Positions 11,701-20,402 of a stretch of 64,000 bases of DNA are shown in pieces. The notes beneath the pieces were generated by a model. It was not told where the DNA came from, did not search any database, and saw nothing but the letters and a program-made list of their open reading frames with translations. How positions within the stretch are numbered: position 1 is the first letter of the stretch; every line of letters begins with the position of its first letter. A program made the position numbers and the translations under genes. Location: contig CAVKAO010000002.1 of assembly GCA_963654705.1 (NCBI GenBank), positions 16,806-80,805 of the forward strand, read 5' to 3'. This stretch comes from Oscillospiraceae bacterium. Lineage in GTDB: Bacteria; Bacillota_I; Bacilli_A; Erysipelotrichales; Erysipelotrichaceae.

Positions 11701-14128
11701 TTTTGTATGTGTTATCAGTTTTACCATAGTTTGTAATAGTACCAGTTGCATTTATTGATAATGTTTCCTCATTTACTAAACCTTTAATTTCTTTTATACC
11801 GGCAGTTAATGCTTCGCCTGTATACTCTCTTTTAGCCGACTCAGTATAAATAGTTAACTTAGCCTTATTTATTTTATAAGTTCTAGTAACAACGCCAACA
11901 TAGTTTTTGATACCTGTTATAGTAACTGTCACTGTGCCAACATTTTTAGTATCTTCACTAAAACTAATTGTATAATCAACATCCTTTGTTAAAGGAACAT
12001 TATTTTTATCAGCAACTATAGGTTCTTGTTTTTGATCTAAACCATTATAAGTAACATCATCTAAATTCCCAACAATAATTCCTTTATAATTTTCCACATC
12101 ACTAGGATTGATGGATTGAGCTTTGATTTCTAATTTTCCGATTGATTCAGTAATATTATAGTTATTACTATTAAACTTACTACCTGTTGTATAGAAAATT
12201 GTATTATCTACACTTCCTACATTAGTAATAGTACCATTAGCCTTTATATCACTTACTTCTCCATCAACAAAACCATCACCAGATACAGTAACTGTAGGTC
12301 TAGTTAAAACTGTTCCATCATATATTTTAGAAGCATTTTCACTAGTTAAGGTTACATTACGTTTTTCAATTGTAACTGTCCCTTGGCCATTAATTTCTAC
12401 TGTTTCACCACCTAATTGGATGTTTTCTTTTACATAAACTGTATATGTACCAGCATCAGTAAAAGTAGGCTTTGTTTCCATCCAAGTTTGACCATCTATG
12501 GAATATCTAATCGAAGTCTTATCTTCAGTAATTAGAGCCTTTGCTTGTTTAGCATATTCTTCTTTTAGTGTAGTGCCTTGGTTAATCGCTACATTTACAT
12601 CGCCAATTGTATAAGCATTTCCATCATACTTAGTTGTAGTATTTCCTACCGAGATATTTGCCCATAAAGCATCCAAAGTATAAGTGTCATTATCATATAA
12701 ATATGTTAATTCGACGCCACCATGAACTATTAAAGCAGATTTATTACCTCTTTCTTTGTCCAACCAGCCGATAAATGCATAGCCATCCGCAGAAGGTTTG
12801 TTATCAGTAACTGTAAATATATCGTTTTTCGCAAATTGCTTATCGTAATAATATTTAAGTTTATTATTAGATGTTTGGGAAATGCCATCTGGAATATTCC
12901 AACTAGCATTGCCTAATGTAAGATAGTAGCCAACTTTGCCACTTTTTTTCTTCCATTCCCATTTACCTGTAAAAGTAATGCCATCTTCAGCCATCGTCTT
13001 TGATGTTTTATCCCAACCTTTAAAAGTCCAATAACCATGTTCATTATCGTTATCAACATCAACTCTAGTAGTTGGTACATCTTTTGCAGTTACAGTTGTA
13101 TTAACAACATAACTATCTGTATCTTCAGGACGTAAATTATAAACCTCTAAAGGTAAATTTTTGCCCTTTGTAGCAGATTCAAATTTATAAGTTACTTGTG
13201 CTTTTTTCGCAATATCACATGTAGCTGTCGCTTCTTTGGTAATTGTAGCAGTTGTAATTGATGTTGCACCACTATTCATAGAAGCAGAAGCTTTATATCC
13301 AACCGTTCCATTAACCTTAAGTTCAATTGTTTTCTTTTCGCAATCTTCTTTTGTCGCAACATAAGTAAGAGTGCTTAGGTAAGTACCATCGCTTTGTTTT
13401 TCTAGTTCACCTATATTGCTTACATCAACCTCATTGCCATTAATCGTAATCGAATTTATTACAACGCTAGTAATTTCATCTTTTTTTGATTCTGTTTTCA
13501 CTGGCGTAATTGTTACAGTAAAAGTAATTTCCTCGCCTTCAACTACATCATTAGCCTTATTAGGCACTGCGCTAATTTTCATATCAGGAGATTGTGCAAT
13601 AATGGAAAATTTAACCCCTGTTTTGTTTGACCCTTGACAACTATATCCAAACATACCAATATAGCCTGCATCTTCAGCGGCTTTTACAACATTACTATTA
13701 ACCCAGCTAATATTTCCATAATTTCCAGATCCTACAATATAGTAGTCACCATTTCCATCTGCGTTAATCCCAGTAAACATATAATTGTCTTCAGGCTTTA
13801 CAAAAAATACCATATAGCCACACTTATCAGAAGTGTTGTATTGTTCTAAGGTGATTGTATCGCCAGAATTTTCAATTATATGTAAATCATCTTTTGTTAC
13901 ACTAGATAAATCATCACCAGACTTCCAAGCATACCAAGCAACTGTTGAATGCTCAAAAGTAGGTATAAATTCACCTATATAATAGCTTGTATTATTAGAA
14001 GCTACCGTAATATTTTCTTCATTGTCATCTTCAGCCTTGACGTTATAAATATTAAAGTTTGTAAGTAACATTAATAAAGATAACGCAATTGTAAATAATT
14101 TATTAAAAGATACTTTCTTAAAAACCAT
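8750..14128 (-). CDS. 1792-aa repeat-rich cell-surface protein (putative adhesin) with a C-terminal three-helix membrane anchor
   Basis: It has a signal peptide (..NIYNVKA/EDD). Two GW-type segments resemble Listeria-Bacteroides repeats (GYWTFKGWDK, GYAFIGWLDK). About 12 modules of 80-90 aa follow, each with K.YDG..L ... NY.I ... G.L.I signatures (MBG-like). Then come a Pro/Thr linker (TPTPSPTPTPNVRPTPVRPTP) and three hydrophobic helices in the last 115 aa. There is no LPXTG motif. Confidence 0.8.
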   Translation of the reverse strand: MVFKKVSFNKLFTIALSLLMLLTNFNIYNVKAEDDNEENITVASNNTSYYIGEFIPTFEHSTVAWYAWKSGDDLSSVTKDDLHIIENSGDTITLEQYNTSDKCGYMVFFVKPEDNYMFTGINADGNGDYYIVGSGNYGNISWVNSNVVKAAEDAGYIGMFGYSCQGSNKTGVKFSIIAQSPDMKISAVPNKANDVVEGEEITFTVTITPVKTESKKDEITSVVINSITINGNEVDVSNIGELEKQSDGTYLSTLTYVATKEDCEKKTIELKVNGTVGYKASASMNSGATSITTATITKEATATCDIAKKAQVTYKFESATKGKNLPLEVYNLRPEDTDSYVVNTTVTAKDVPTTRVDVDNDNEHGYWTFKGWDKTSKTMAEDGITFTGKWEWKKKSGKVGYYLTLGNASWNIPDGISQTSNNKLKYYYDKQFAKNDIFTVTDNKPSADGYAFIGWLDKERGNKSALIVHGGVELTYLYDNDTYTLDALWANISVGNTTTKYDGNAYTIGDVNVAINQGTTLKEEYAKQAKALITEDKTSIRYSIDGQTWMETKPTFTDAGTYTVYVKENIQLGGETVEINGQGTVTIEKRNVTLTSENASKIYDGTVLTRPTVTVSGDGFVDGEVSDIKANGTITNVGSVDNTIFYTTGSKFNSNNYNITESIGKLEIKAQSINPSDVENYKGIIVGNLDDVTYNGLDQKQEPIVADKNNVPLTKDVDYTISFSEDTKNVGTVTVTITGIKNYVGVVTRTYKINKAKLTIYTESAKREYTGEALTAGIKEIKGLVNEETLSINATGTITNYGKTDNTYKIDWDNSTAKESNYNIESVLGKLEILKKDVTITSGSASKVYDKTALTNSEVNAIGFVDGEGALYSVIGSQTNVGESDNIFTYTLKENTLADNYNITIQYGKLTVTNAEDVVVTIKGNTLETTYDGENHEVSGYTYTITEGSTYTVDDFKFIKKDATISGKDAGVYNLGLKADQFENLNSNYKVTFIIENDTTLNIKKREVTLTSASDEREYNGSALAKNEVYVSEGSFVEGEGYSYQTSGKQLIVGSSENEFTYSLNDGTKANNYNIKTENGLLTITPLSEEIVVNIKGNSDTFKYDGQNHSVSGYVVTSISNNLYSENDFKYEGSTDVSGKNADTYYIGLDVKKFENTNQNFSNVKFVVEDGALTISKRELRLTSANDSKVYDGTPLTNSTVTVSGDGFADKEGAIYDVTGSITDFGSRKNSFTYDLYSNTLESNYEITKIEGDLSITKVDEVVVTIKGHSDNYLYDGNEKLVSGYDVKITTGSLYKESDFSFNGNLEVKATAAGTYYMGLSEDDFTNNNENFDKVTFVVEDGSLNITKRSVKLSSDSDSKIYDGTALTKPEVTIGGDGFVKGEANAIATGSITDKGDVINTIEIVNKNSSYNENNYDIEIVKEGTLTITQAPLTIITYSDKKTYDGSALVGDGKIEGLVDGEKATLIVTSSRTDFGQSDNNSYTINWDSAKESNYKIVNESFGKLTVIKKTITVITESASKDYDGEPLTAGGSVTGLVNDETLSFTTTGRQTSVGSSTNSYSLTWDGTAKKDNYEVEEKLGTLTVNEKANPIPDKKDDVTPTPSPTPTPNVRPTPVRPTPSDITPTPSPSSDTSEDKKEDSSIIVNPSDDSNDDSNNETEKITIDDNVTPEWATKDKHWALINLICVVISMLLGIFLLMSKNEKEEDEEENKNLELENEEENTTQVRHRRWKVVVVIDALLSIILFILTENMTNPMVLVDRWTLLMFVLTLINVVAVIFGRKFHKEEQEEEA
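9330..12380 (-). repeat. intragenic tandem repeat region, alternating ~85-aa and ~90-aa modules (period about 520 bp for the best-conserved copies)
   Basis: Protein modules recur in the form (R/K)xLTSxxxSKxYDGTxLT...SNYxIxxxxGxLxI and VTIKGxxxxxxYDGxxxxVSGY...FxVEDGxLxIxKR. Mirror-image antisense ORFs at 9894-10181 and 10413-10694 resemble each other for the same reason. Confidence 0.7.
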
Positions 14129-14170
14129 AAAATGCCCCCACAGTCCAACTACAATATAATACAGATTATC

Positions 14171-14192
14171 GGTTATATTTTGGTTATATTTT
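14171..14192. repeat. perfect tandem 11-nt direct repeat GGTTATATTTT x2 upstream of the giant gene
   Basis: Read directly from the sequence. It lies about 45-65 nt upstream of the ATG at 14128. Confidence 0.9.
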
Positions 14193-14207
14193 ACAAATTA
14201 ATTACAA

Positions 14208-14912
14208 TTATACGTGAAAAGTTATCTCACCTGATTGTAGATTAAGAATATCATTATCTTTTTTCACTTTTAAAGAATAATCTTTATTTATGCCTAGAAC
14301 CTTTATATTGCATAGCTCATTATTTATTTCGGCATAAACTTCTTTGTTTTTTAAATAATCTAACTTAACAATTTTTTTATAAAAATCATAATTATTTTTT
14401 ACCAACTTAAAATTAGATTCTATTTGTTTGTAAACTTTTTCTTTAAGTGTTTCGATATTGATATCTTTATTTAAAATCTTACATAAAGAAGTAGGTTCTC
14501 TTTTATAGTCACCTATAAATTCTTTTTGATTAACATTGATACCAATGCCAATGATTAAACATTCTATTTTATCTGTGCTCACTCCTTCTAAAAGGATACC
14601 CACTAATTTATTGTCTTTATAGTAGACATCATTTGGCCACTTAATGCTTAAATCAGGTAAGTCAATCGCTTCAATTACAGATAAAGCGCTGATGATGGAC
14701 AAACTTTTAAACTCTTTTATCAGCGATTCATCTTTAATTAAAAGCGAAAAGAGCAAATTTTCACCCTTTTCGCTTTTCCAATTACGATTATTTCTTCCTC
14801 TACCAGCACTTTGAAAATCAGCACTCACAAAAGTAAAATTATCTAAATCTTTATAATTTTGTTTTAAATAAGTATTTGTAGAATCAATAGTTTCAAAGTG
14901 GATAGTCTTCAT
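14208..14912 (-). CDS. birA: biotin-[acetyl-CoA-carboxylase] ligase, class I (no HTH domain)
   Basis: GRGRNNRNW matches the GRGRxGRxW ligase motif. I trimmed the start to the ATG at 14912 (MKTIHFETIDSTN), which lies 1 nt after the oadB stop. Confidence 0.85.
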   Translation of the reverse strand: MKTIHFETIDSTNTYLKQNYKDLDNFTFVSADFQSAGRGRNNRNWKSEKGENLLFSLLIKDESLIKEFKSLSIISALSVIEAIDLPDLSIKWPNDVYYKDNKLVGILLEGVSTDKIECLIIGIGINVNQKEFIGDYKREPTSLCKILNKDINIETLKEKVYKQIESNFKLVKNNYDFYKKIVKLDYLKNKEVYAEINNELCNIKVLGINKDYSLKVKKDNDILNLQSGEITFHV

Positions 14913-14913
14913 A

Positions 14914-16083
14914 TTAACCAAAAATAGTAAGTAAGATACCAGCTGCGATAGCTGAACCAATAACACCCGCAACATTTGGTCCCATTGCGTGCATTAATAA
15001 GAAATTGCTAGGATCTTCTCTTTGCCCTTCTTTTTGAACAACTCTAGCAGCCATTGGAACAGCACTAACACCTGCTGCACCAATCATTGGATTAATCTTA
15101 CCATGGCTAAACTTGCACATTACCTTGCCACCTAAAATTCCAAAGGCAGCCGCAACTACAAAGGCAAAGATACCTAAGGCAAAGATTGATAGTGTTTGTA
15201 AAGTAAGGAAACTTGTTCCTTGGGCAGTAGCACCAACAGATAAGCCTAAAAGAATTGTGCAAATATATAACAGTGCATTTGATACAGTATCTGTAAGATT
15301 TGGTACAACGCCACATTCTTTAATTAAATTACCAAGCATCAAACAGCCAATAAGTGGTGTAGCACTAGGTACAATTAATGAAACAACTAATGTAATTACT
15401 ATTGGGAATAAGATCTTTTCTTTTTTAGAAACTGTTCTTAATTGTTCCATCTTAATTAATCTTTCTTCTTTAGTTGTTAAGCCCCTTATAATTGGTGGGA
15501 AAATAATTGGAACCAAAGCCATATAAGAATAAGCAGCCAAGGCAATAGGAGCCAAATATTGAGTAGACCCAGAAATTGTAAGAAGTCTATTACTTGTCAA
15601 GATTGCCGTAGGTCCATCAGCACCACCAATAATGCCAATAGATGCAGCCTCATAGAAGTTAAAGCCTAAGAATAAAGCACCAAAGAAAGCCACAAAGATA
15701 CCAATTTGAGCAGCAGCCCCCAGTAGCATTGTTTTCTTGTTGGCGATAAGTGGCCCAAAGTCAGTAGTAGCACCAATGCCCAAGAAAATTAAACAAGGAT
15801 ATAGTTCACATTCTACGCCAAGGTGTAAATAACCAAGTAGACCTCTAGAAACGATTTCACCAGCATCATTATATGTAATGTAAATTTCGGGTAATAAATT
15901 AACTAAAATGATACCAAACGAAATAGGAATTAATAGATATGGTTCAAAACCCTTTTTTAAAGCTAAATAAAGAAAGGCGCAACCAATAAGAATCATTACT
16001 AGATTCATCCAACCATTGCCAGAAAAGAAATTTGCAATGCCTGTTGAAGCTAGAAATTCTTTTAAGAATACTCCGATATCCAT
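14914..16083 (-). CDS. oadB: Na+-translocating decarboxylase beta subunit
   Basis: 389-aa polytopic membrane protein in OadB/GcdB family context, lying next to the alpha, gamma and BCCP subunit genes. Confidence 0.85.
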   Translation of the reverse strand: MDIGVFLKEFLASTGIANFFSGNGWMNLVMILIGCAFLYLALKKGFEPYLLIPISFGIILVNLLPEIYITYNDAGEIVSRGLLGYLHLGVECELYPCLIFLGIGATTDFGPLIANKKTMLLGAAAQIGIFVAFFGALFLGFNFYEAASIGIIGGADGPTAILTSNRLLTISGSTQYLAPIALAAYSYMALVPIIFPPIIRGLTTKEERLIKMEQLRTVSKKEKILFPIVITLVVSLIVPSATPLIGCLMLGNLIKECGVVPNLTDTVSNALLYICTILLGLSVGATAQGTSFLTLQTLSIFALGIFAFVVAAAFGILGGKVMCKFSHGKINPMIGAAGVSAVPMAARVVQKEGQREDPSNFLLMHAMGPNVAGVIGSAIAAGILLTIFG

Positions 16084-16086
16084 AAA

Positions 16087-16422
16087 CTAACCTAAGACGA
16101 TTAATGCATCTCCATTTGCAACTTGGCTACCCTTGTTAGCTCTTACTTCCACAACCTTGCCATCAAAACCAGATTGAATTTCATTTTCTAGTTTCATAGC
16201 CTCGATAATCGCAACAGTTTGACCTTTTTTAACAACGTCACCAACACTAACTTTTATATCTAACACCTTACCAGCAATAGGAGCCTTGATCACATTAGCA
16301 CCATCACTTGTTGGGGCACTAGCATCAGCCTTAGGTGCTTCAATATGACCTTCGCCCTCTTTTACTTCCTCAAGTTCAACTTCATAAACTTTGCCATTTA
16401 CTTTTACTTTATATGTTTTCAT
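16087..16422 (-). CDS. biotin carboxyl carrier (biotinyl-lipoyl domain) protein
   Basis: 111 aa with the biotinylation motif IEAMKLEN. Confidence 0.85.
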   Translation of the reverse strand: MKTYKVKVNGKVYEVELEEVKEGEGHIEAPKADASAPTSDGANVIKAPIAGKVLDIKVSVGDVVKKGQTVAIIEAMKLENEIQSGFDGKVVEVRANKGSQVANGDALIVLG

Positions 16423-16731
16423 TTATTTCACCTCTTTAATACTTACTACTCTAACATTACTCTTATTCTTTAAACGATAATCAATACTGGCAACAAGTGC
16501 TGCAACAGTAGCATCCTCATCATTTAAATCAAGTCTAGATATTGGATTACTTGTAACAGGAGCTACAATCTTTTCTTCTTTAATTTCTTCTTTTTCTTCA
16601 CCCTTTAAAGCTTTCGCAACAAGTTCGGTCAAGAAAATAATAAGAACCAAAATAAGAAAAACCATAATAATTGCCACTATTGCAACTATGCCACCTGTTA
16701 GGTAATCATATTTTGTAAATCCATCTAACAT
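16423..16731 (-). CDS. oadG: OadG-like decarboxylase gamma subunit
   Basis: 102 aa with a single N-terminal TM helix, a charged linker and a C-terminal DEDATVAALVASI segment typical of OadG-family proteins. The operon position also fits. Confidence 0.65.
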   Translation of the reverse strand: MLDGFTKYDYLTGGIVAIVAIIMVFLILVLIIFLTELVAKALKGEEKEEIKEEKIVAPVTSNPISRLDLNDEDATVAALVASIDYRLKNKSNVRVVSIKEVK

Positions 16732-16742
16732 CTTTAATCACC

Positions 16743-18119
16743 CTAAATAAATAATTCAAATTCTTCAGTTTCATCTTCTGGAACTAACTTATATTTCTTC
16801 TTTAAGAAATCAGTCGCAACAGATTCAAATAAAGCCAAAGACAATACATCTTCATCGCATCTTGCAATATCTTTATATTTTTCCTTCATTTGCTCAAATT
16901 CAGGTTCCAACAAATCAGCAGGACGACAAGTTATTGGTTCTTGATCACCTATGATCTTTTTCTTTATTTCTTCATTAACTGTAGCGGGAGCTTTACCATA
17001 CTTACCAAGTAAATAATCCTTAACTTCTTTTACACACATCTTGTATCTTTCGCCATTTAAAACATTTAATACAGATTGTGTACCAACCATTTGTGACATT
17101 GGTGTAACAAGAGGTGGATAACCTAAATCTTTTCTAACATTAGGAATCTCTTTTAATACTTCTTCGTATTTATCCATTGCCCCTTGATCGCTTAATTGCT
17201 TAATCATATTAGACAACATACCACCAGGTACTTGATAAGTCAAAATATTCGGATTAACCTCAAAAGACTTAGGATTCAACAAACCATTCTTAACATATTT
17301 ATTAACAATATCTGTCATAATTGGTTCAGCCTTATGAAGTACATCCATATTTAACTTAGGATCATATTCACTGCCCTTTAAAGCATATGATAATGCTTGT
17401 GTTGAAGGTTGAGCAGTACCATTTGATAAAGGTGATAAAGAAGTATCAACAATATCAACACCAGCTTTGATAGCTGCCATATAAGTCATTTCACAAATAC
17501 CAGCTGTACAATGTGAATGTAGTTCCAACGGAATCTTTATTTCCTTCTTTAAAGCCGTAAATAATTCAGTTGCATCACTTGGTGTAAGAACACCAGCCAT
17601 ATCTTTAATGCAAATTGAATCAGCTCCTAGTTTTTCAACTTCTTTAGCAAGCCCAACATAATATTTAACAGTATGCACAGGACTTGTTGTATAAGATAAA
17701 GCAATCTGGCACTCACCACCATATTTCTTAGTAGAAGTAACAGCGGTCTTTAAGTTTCTTAGATCATTAAGGGCATCAAATACTCTAATAATATCGATAC
17801 CATTTTCAATAGATTTCTTACAAAACATATCTACTACATCATCAGAATAATGACGATATCCTAAAATGTTTTGTCCTCTAAATAACATTTGTAGTTTAGT
17901 GTTTTTGCAAACTTTTCTAACCTCTCTTAATCTAACCCATGGGTCTTCATTTAGAAAACGCATACAAGAGTCGAAAGTTGCACCACCCCAAACTTCAATT
18001 GCGTAATATCCAGCATCATCATATATTTTGCATAAATCAACAACCTCTTTGGTTGTCATTCTTGTCGCAAATAACGATTGATGACCATCACGCACTGATG
18101 TTTCAACAATTCTAACCAT
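16743..18119 (-). CDS. oadA: oxaloacetate decarboxylase alpha subunit, carboxyltransferase part only (no fused biotinyl domain)
   Basis: ETSVRDGHQS, KDMAG and LELHSHCTAG are HMGL-like/PYC_OADA motifs. At 458 aa it ends before any biotinyl domain. Confidence 0.85.
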   Translation of the reverse strand: MVRIVETSVRDGHQSLFATRMTTKEVVDLCKIYDDAGYYAIEVWGGATFDSCMRFLNEDPWVRLREVRKVCKNTKLQMLFRGQNILGYRHYSDDVVDMFCKKSIENGIDIIRVFDALNDLRNLKTAVTSTKKYGGECQIALSYTTSPVHTVKYYVGLAKEVEKLGADSICIKDMAGVLTPSDATELFTALKKEIKIPLELHSHCTAGICEMTYMAAIKAGVDIVDTSLSPLSNGTAQPSTQALSYALKGSEYDPKLNMDVLHKAEPIMTDIVNKYVKNGLLNPKSFEVNPNILTYQVPGGMLSNMIKQLSDQGAMDKYEEVLKEIPNVRKDLGYPPLVTPMSQMVGTQSVLNVLNGERYKMCVKEVKDYLLGKYGKAPATVNEEIKKKIIGDQEPITCRPADLLEPEFEQMKEKYKDIARCDEDVLSLALFESVATDFLKKKYKLVPEDETEEFELFI

Positions 18120-18128
18120 ATATACCTC

Positions 18129-19733
18129 TTATAGTTTAGGTCCAGCTTCTACTAATGCTTTTCCTTCTTCATTTGTTTCATATTTCTTAAAGTTCTTGAT
18201 AAATCTAGAAGCTAAATCCTTAGCCTTTTCATCCCAAATGCTAGGGTCTGCATAAGTATCTCTAGGATCTAAGATGTTTGTATCAACACCCTTTAATTCA
18301 GTAGGCACTTCAAAGTCAAAGTAAGGAATTTTCTTTGTAGGAGCACTATCAATATCATGATTTAAAATAGCATCAATAATACCACGTGTATCCTTGATAG
18401 AAATACGCTTACCACTACCATTCCAACCAGTATTAACAAGATATGCCTTAGCGTTAGATTTTTCCATCTTCTTAACTAATTCGCTAGCATATTTAGTTGG
18501 ATGAAGTTCAAGGAATGCTTGACCAAAACATGCACTAAATGTAGGAGTTGGTTCTGTAATGCCTCTTTCTGTACCAGCAAGCTTAGCTGTAAAACCACTT
18601 AAGAAATAATATTTAGTTTGTTCAGGAGTAAGAATAGATACCGGAGGTAATACACCAAAGGCATCAGCACTTAAGAAAATTACACTCTTTGCACTAGGTG
18701 CGCTAGAAATAGGCTTTACAATATTTGTAATATGATCGATTGGATATGATACACGTGTATTTTCAGTTACACTCTTATCCGCAAAATCAATCTTGCCTTC
18801 ATCTGATACCGTTACATTTTCAAGTAAAGCATCTTTTCTAATCGCATTATAAATATCTGGTTCAGATTCTTTATCTAGATTGATAACCTTAGCATAGCAG
18901 CCACCCTCTAGATTAAACACACCATTATCATCCCATCCATGTTCATCATCACCAATTAATAAACGCTTAGGGTCTGTTGATAAAGTTGTTTTACCAGTAC
19001 CTGATAAACCAAAGAAGATAGCAGTATTCTCGCCATTTAAGTCAGTATTTGCACTACAATGCATACTAGCCATGCCCTTTAAAGGAAGATAATAGTTCAT
19101 CATTGAGAACATACCCTTCTTCATTTCGCCGCCATACCAAGTGTTAATAATAACTTGTTCCTTAGAAGTGATATTAAATGCTACACAAGTCTTAGAATTT
19201 AAACCAAGCTCTTGGTAGTTTTCAACTGTTGCCTTACTTGCATTATAAACAACAAAGTCAGGCACAAAGTTTTCAAGTTCTTCATCCGTTGGCTTAATAA
19301 ACATATTCTTGACAAAGTGTGCTTGCCAAGCAACTTCGACAATAAATCTAACAGCCATTCTAGTATCTTTGTTTGCGCCACAGAAAGCATCAACAACAAA
19401 CAATCTCTTATTGCTTAATTCCTTTTTAGCGATATCCTTAACAGCCTTCCAAGTTTCTTCACTCATAGGATGGTTATCATTTGGATATTCTTCACTAGTC
19501 CACCAAACAGTGTCCTTAGAATTTTCATCAACCACAATATATTTATCCTTAGGAGATCTACCAGTATAAATACCTGTCATAACATTAACTGCACCAAGTT
19601 CAGTTAATTTACCCTTTTCATAACCTTCAAGTTCAGGATTTGTTTCTTCCTTGAAAAGAAAATCATAACTAGGATTATAAACAATTTCGCTAGTACCGGT
19701 AATACCATACTCTTCAAGATTTATATTTTTCAT
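18129..19733 (-). CDS. pckA: phosphoenolpyruvate carboxykinase (ATP)
   Basis: 534 aa with the kinase-1a motif [11 protein letters not shown], plus IGDDEHGW. A strong AAGGAGG SD precedes it. Confidence 0.9.
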   Translation of the reverse strand: MKNINLEEYGITGTSEIVYNPSYDFLFKEETNPELEGYEKGKLTELGAVNVMTGIYTGRSPKDKYIVVDENSKDTVWWTSEEYPNDNHPMSEETWKAVKDIAKKELSNKRLFVVDAFCGANKDTRMAVRFIVEVAWQAHFVKNMFIKPTDEELENFVPDFVVYNASKATVENYQELGLNSKTCVAFNITSKEQVIINTWYGGEMKKGMFSMMNYYLPLKGMASMHCSANTDLNGENTAIFFGLSGTGKTTLSTDPKRLLIGDDEHGWDDNGVFNLEGGCYAKVINLDKESEPDIYNAIRKDALLENVTVSDEGKIDFADKSVTENTRVSYPIDHITNIVKPISSAPSAKSVIFLSADAFGVLPPVSILTPEQTKYYFLSGFTAKLAGTERGITEPTPTFSACFGQAFLELHPTKYASELVKKMEKSNAKAYLVNTGWNGSGKRISIKDTRGIIDAILNHDIDSAPTKKIPYFDFEVPTELKGVDTNILDPRDTYADPSIWDEKAKDLASRFIKNFKKYETNEEGKALVEAGPKL

Positions 19734-19849
19734 ATTTATTCCTCCTTGTTTTCTCTAAAGAAAACGCTTCCAAAAATATTATATTATTTTATTCACAAAT
19801 AAAAACAAATATTTGCAATTTTTGCACGAACAAAGCAAACTATCAAAAA

Positions 19850-19872
19850 AAGCCGAATAATAAACTCAGCTT
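19850..19872 (-). terminator. putative terminator overlapping the bioY stop codon
   Basis: Minus strand reads AAGCTGA-GTTTATTAT-TCGGCTT (7 bp including one GU) followed by a T-run. Confidence 0.45.
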
Positions 19873-20402
19873 TGTTTTTCTATAATCTTAATGATTCTAT
19901 TATCTAATAAAAGGCAAATAGCCATCTTTAGCGCATCGCCAATCAAAAATGGCACAACACACGCAAGCAAGGCAGCCTTTAGTTCCATATGGGTATAAAA
20001 GATAAACCAAGCTGTGCCAAAACTATATAACACCACAGTACCTAAAACCATGCCCAATATTTTATTTTTAATATCTTTTTTATAACCAAATAAGCCTGTC
20101 AAATATACCAGTGGCAAATAGCCAAAAACATAGCCACCCGTTGCCCCAAGTAGTTTGCCAGCCCCGCCACTAAAGCCAGACATTACTGGTAAGCCAACAA
20201 AAGCCAACACAATATAAACAACAACCACCAACAATCCTTTATTGCCACCAAGCACTAAGCCAATAAGCATTACCACAAAAGTGGCTAAAGAAATTGGCAC
20301 ATTACCAGCTAGTGGTATTGAAAGTGGCGCTAATACACATAGCAAAGCGGCACATAAAGCCATTATAACTAAATCTTTAGTTTTCATAAGTTCTTCGGCC
20401 AA
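19866..20402 (-). CDS. bioY: biotin transporter S component
   Basis: 178-aa, 5-6 TM protein of BioY-family appearance, lying next to a biotin-enzyme operon. An alternative start is ATG 20387. Confidence 0.75.
   Translation of the reverse strand: MAEELMKTKDLVIMALCAALLCVLAPLSIPLAGNVPISLATFVVMLIGLVLGGNKGLLVVVVYIVLAFVGLPVMSGFSGGAGKLLGATGGYVFGYLPLVYLTGLFGYKKDIKNKILGMVLGTVVLYSFGTAWFIFYTHMELKAALLACVVPFLIGDALKMAICLLLDNRIIKIIEKQS

Noticed and set aside
8994-13849. Several plus-strand ORFs (8994-9410, 9894-10181, 10413-10694, 13416-13637, 13634-13849), two of which resemble each other
   Set aside because: All are antisense to the giant surface-protein gene. Their mutual similarity only mirrors the intragenic tandem repeats of the sense strand.
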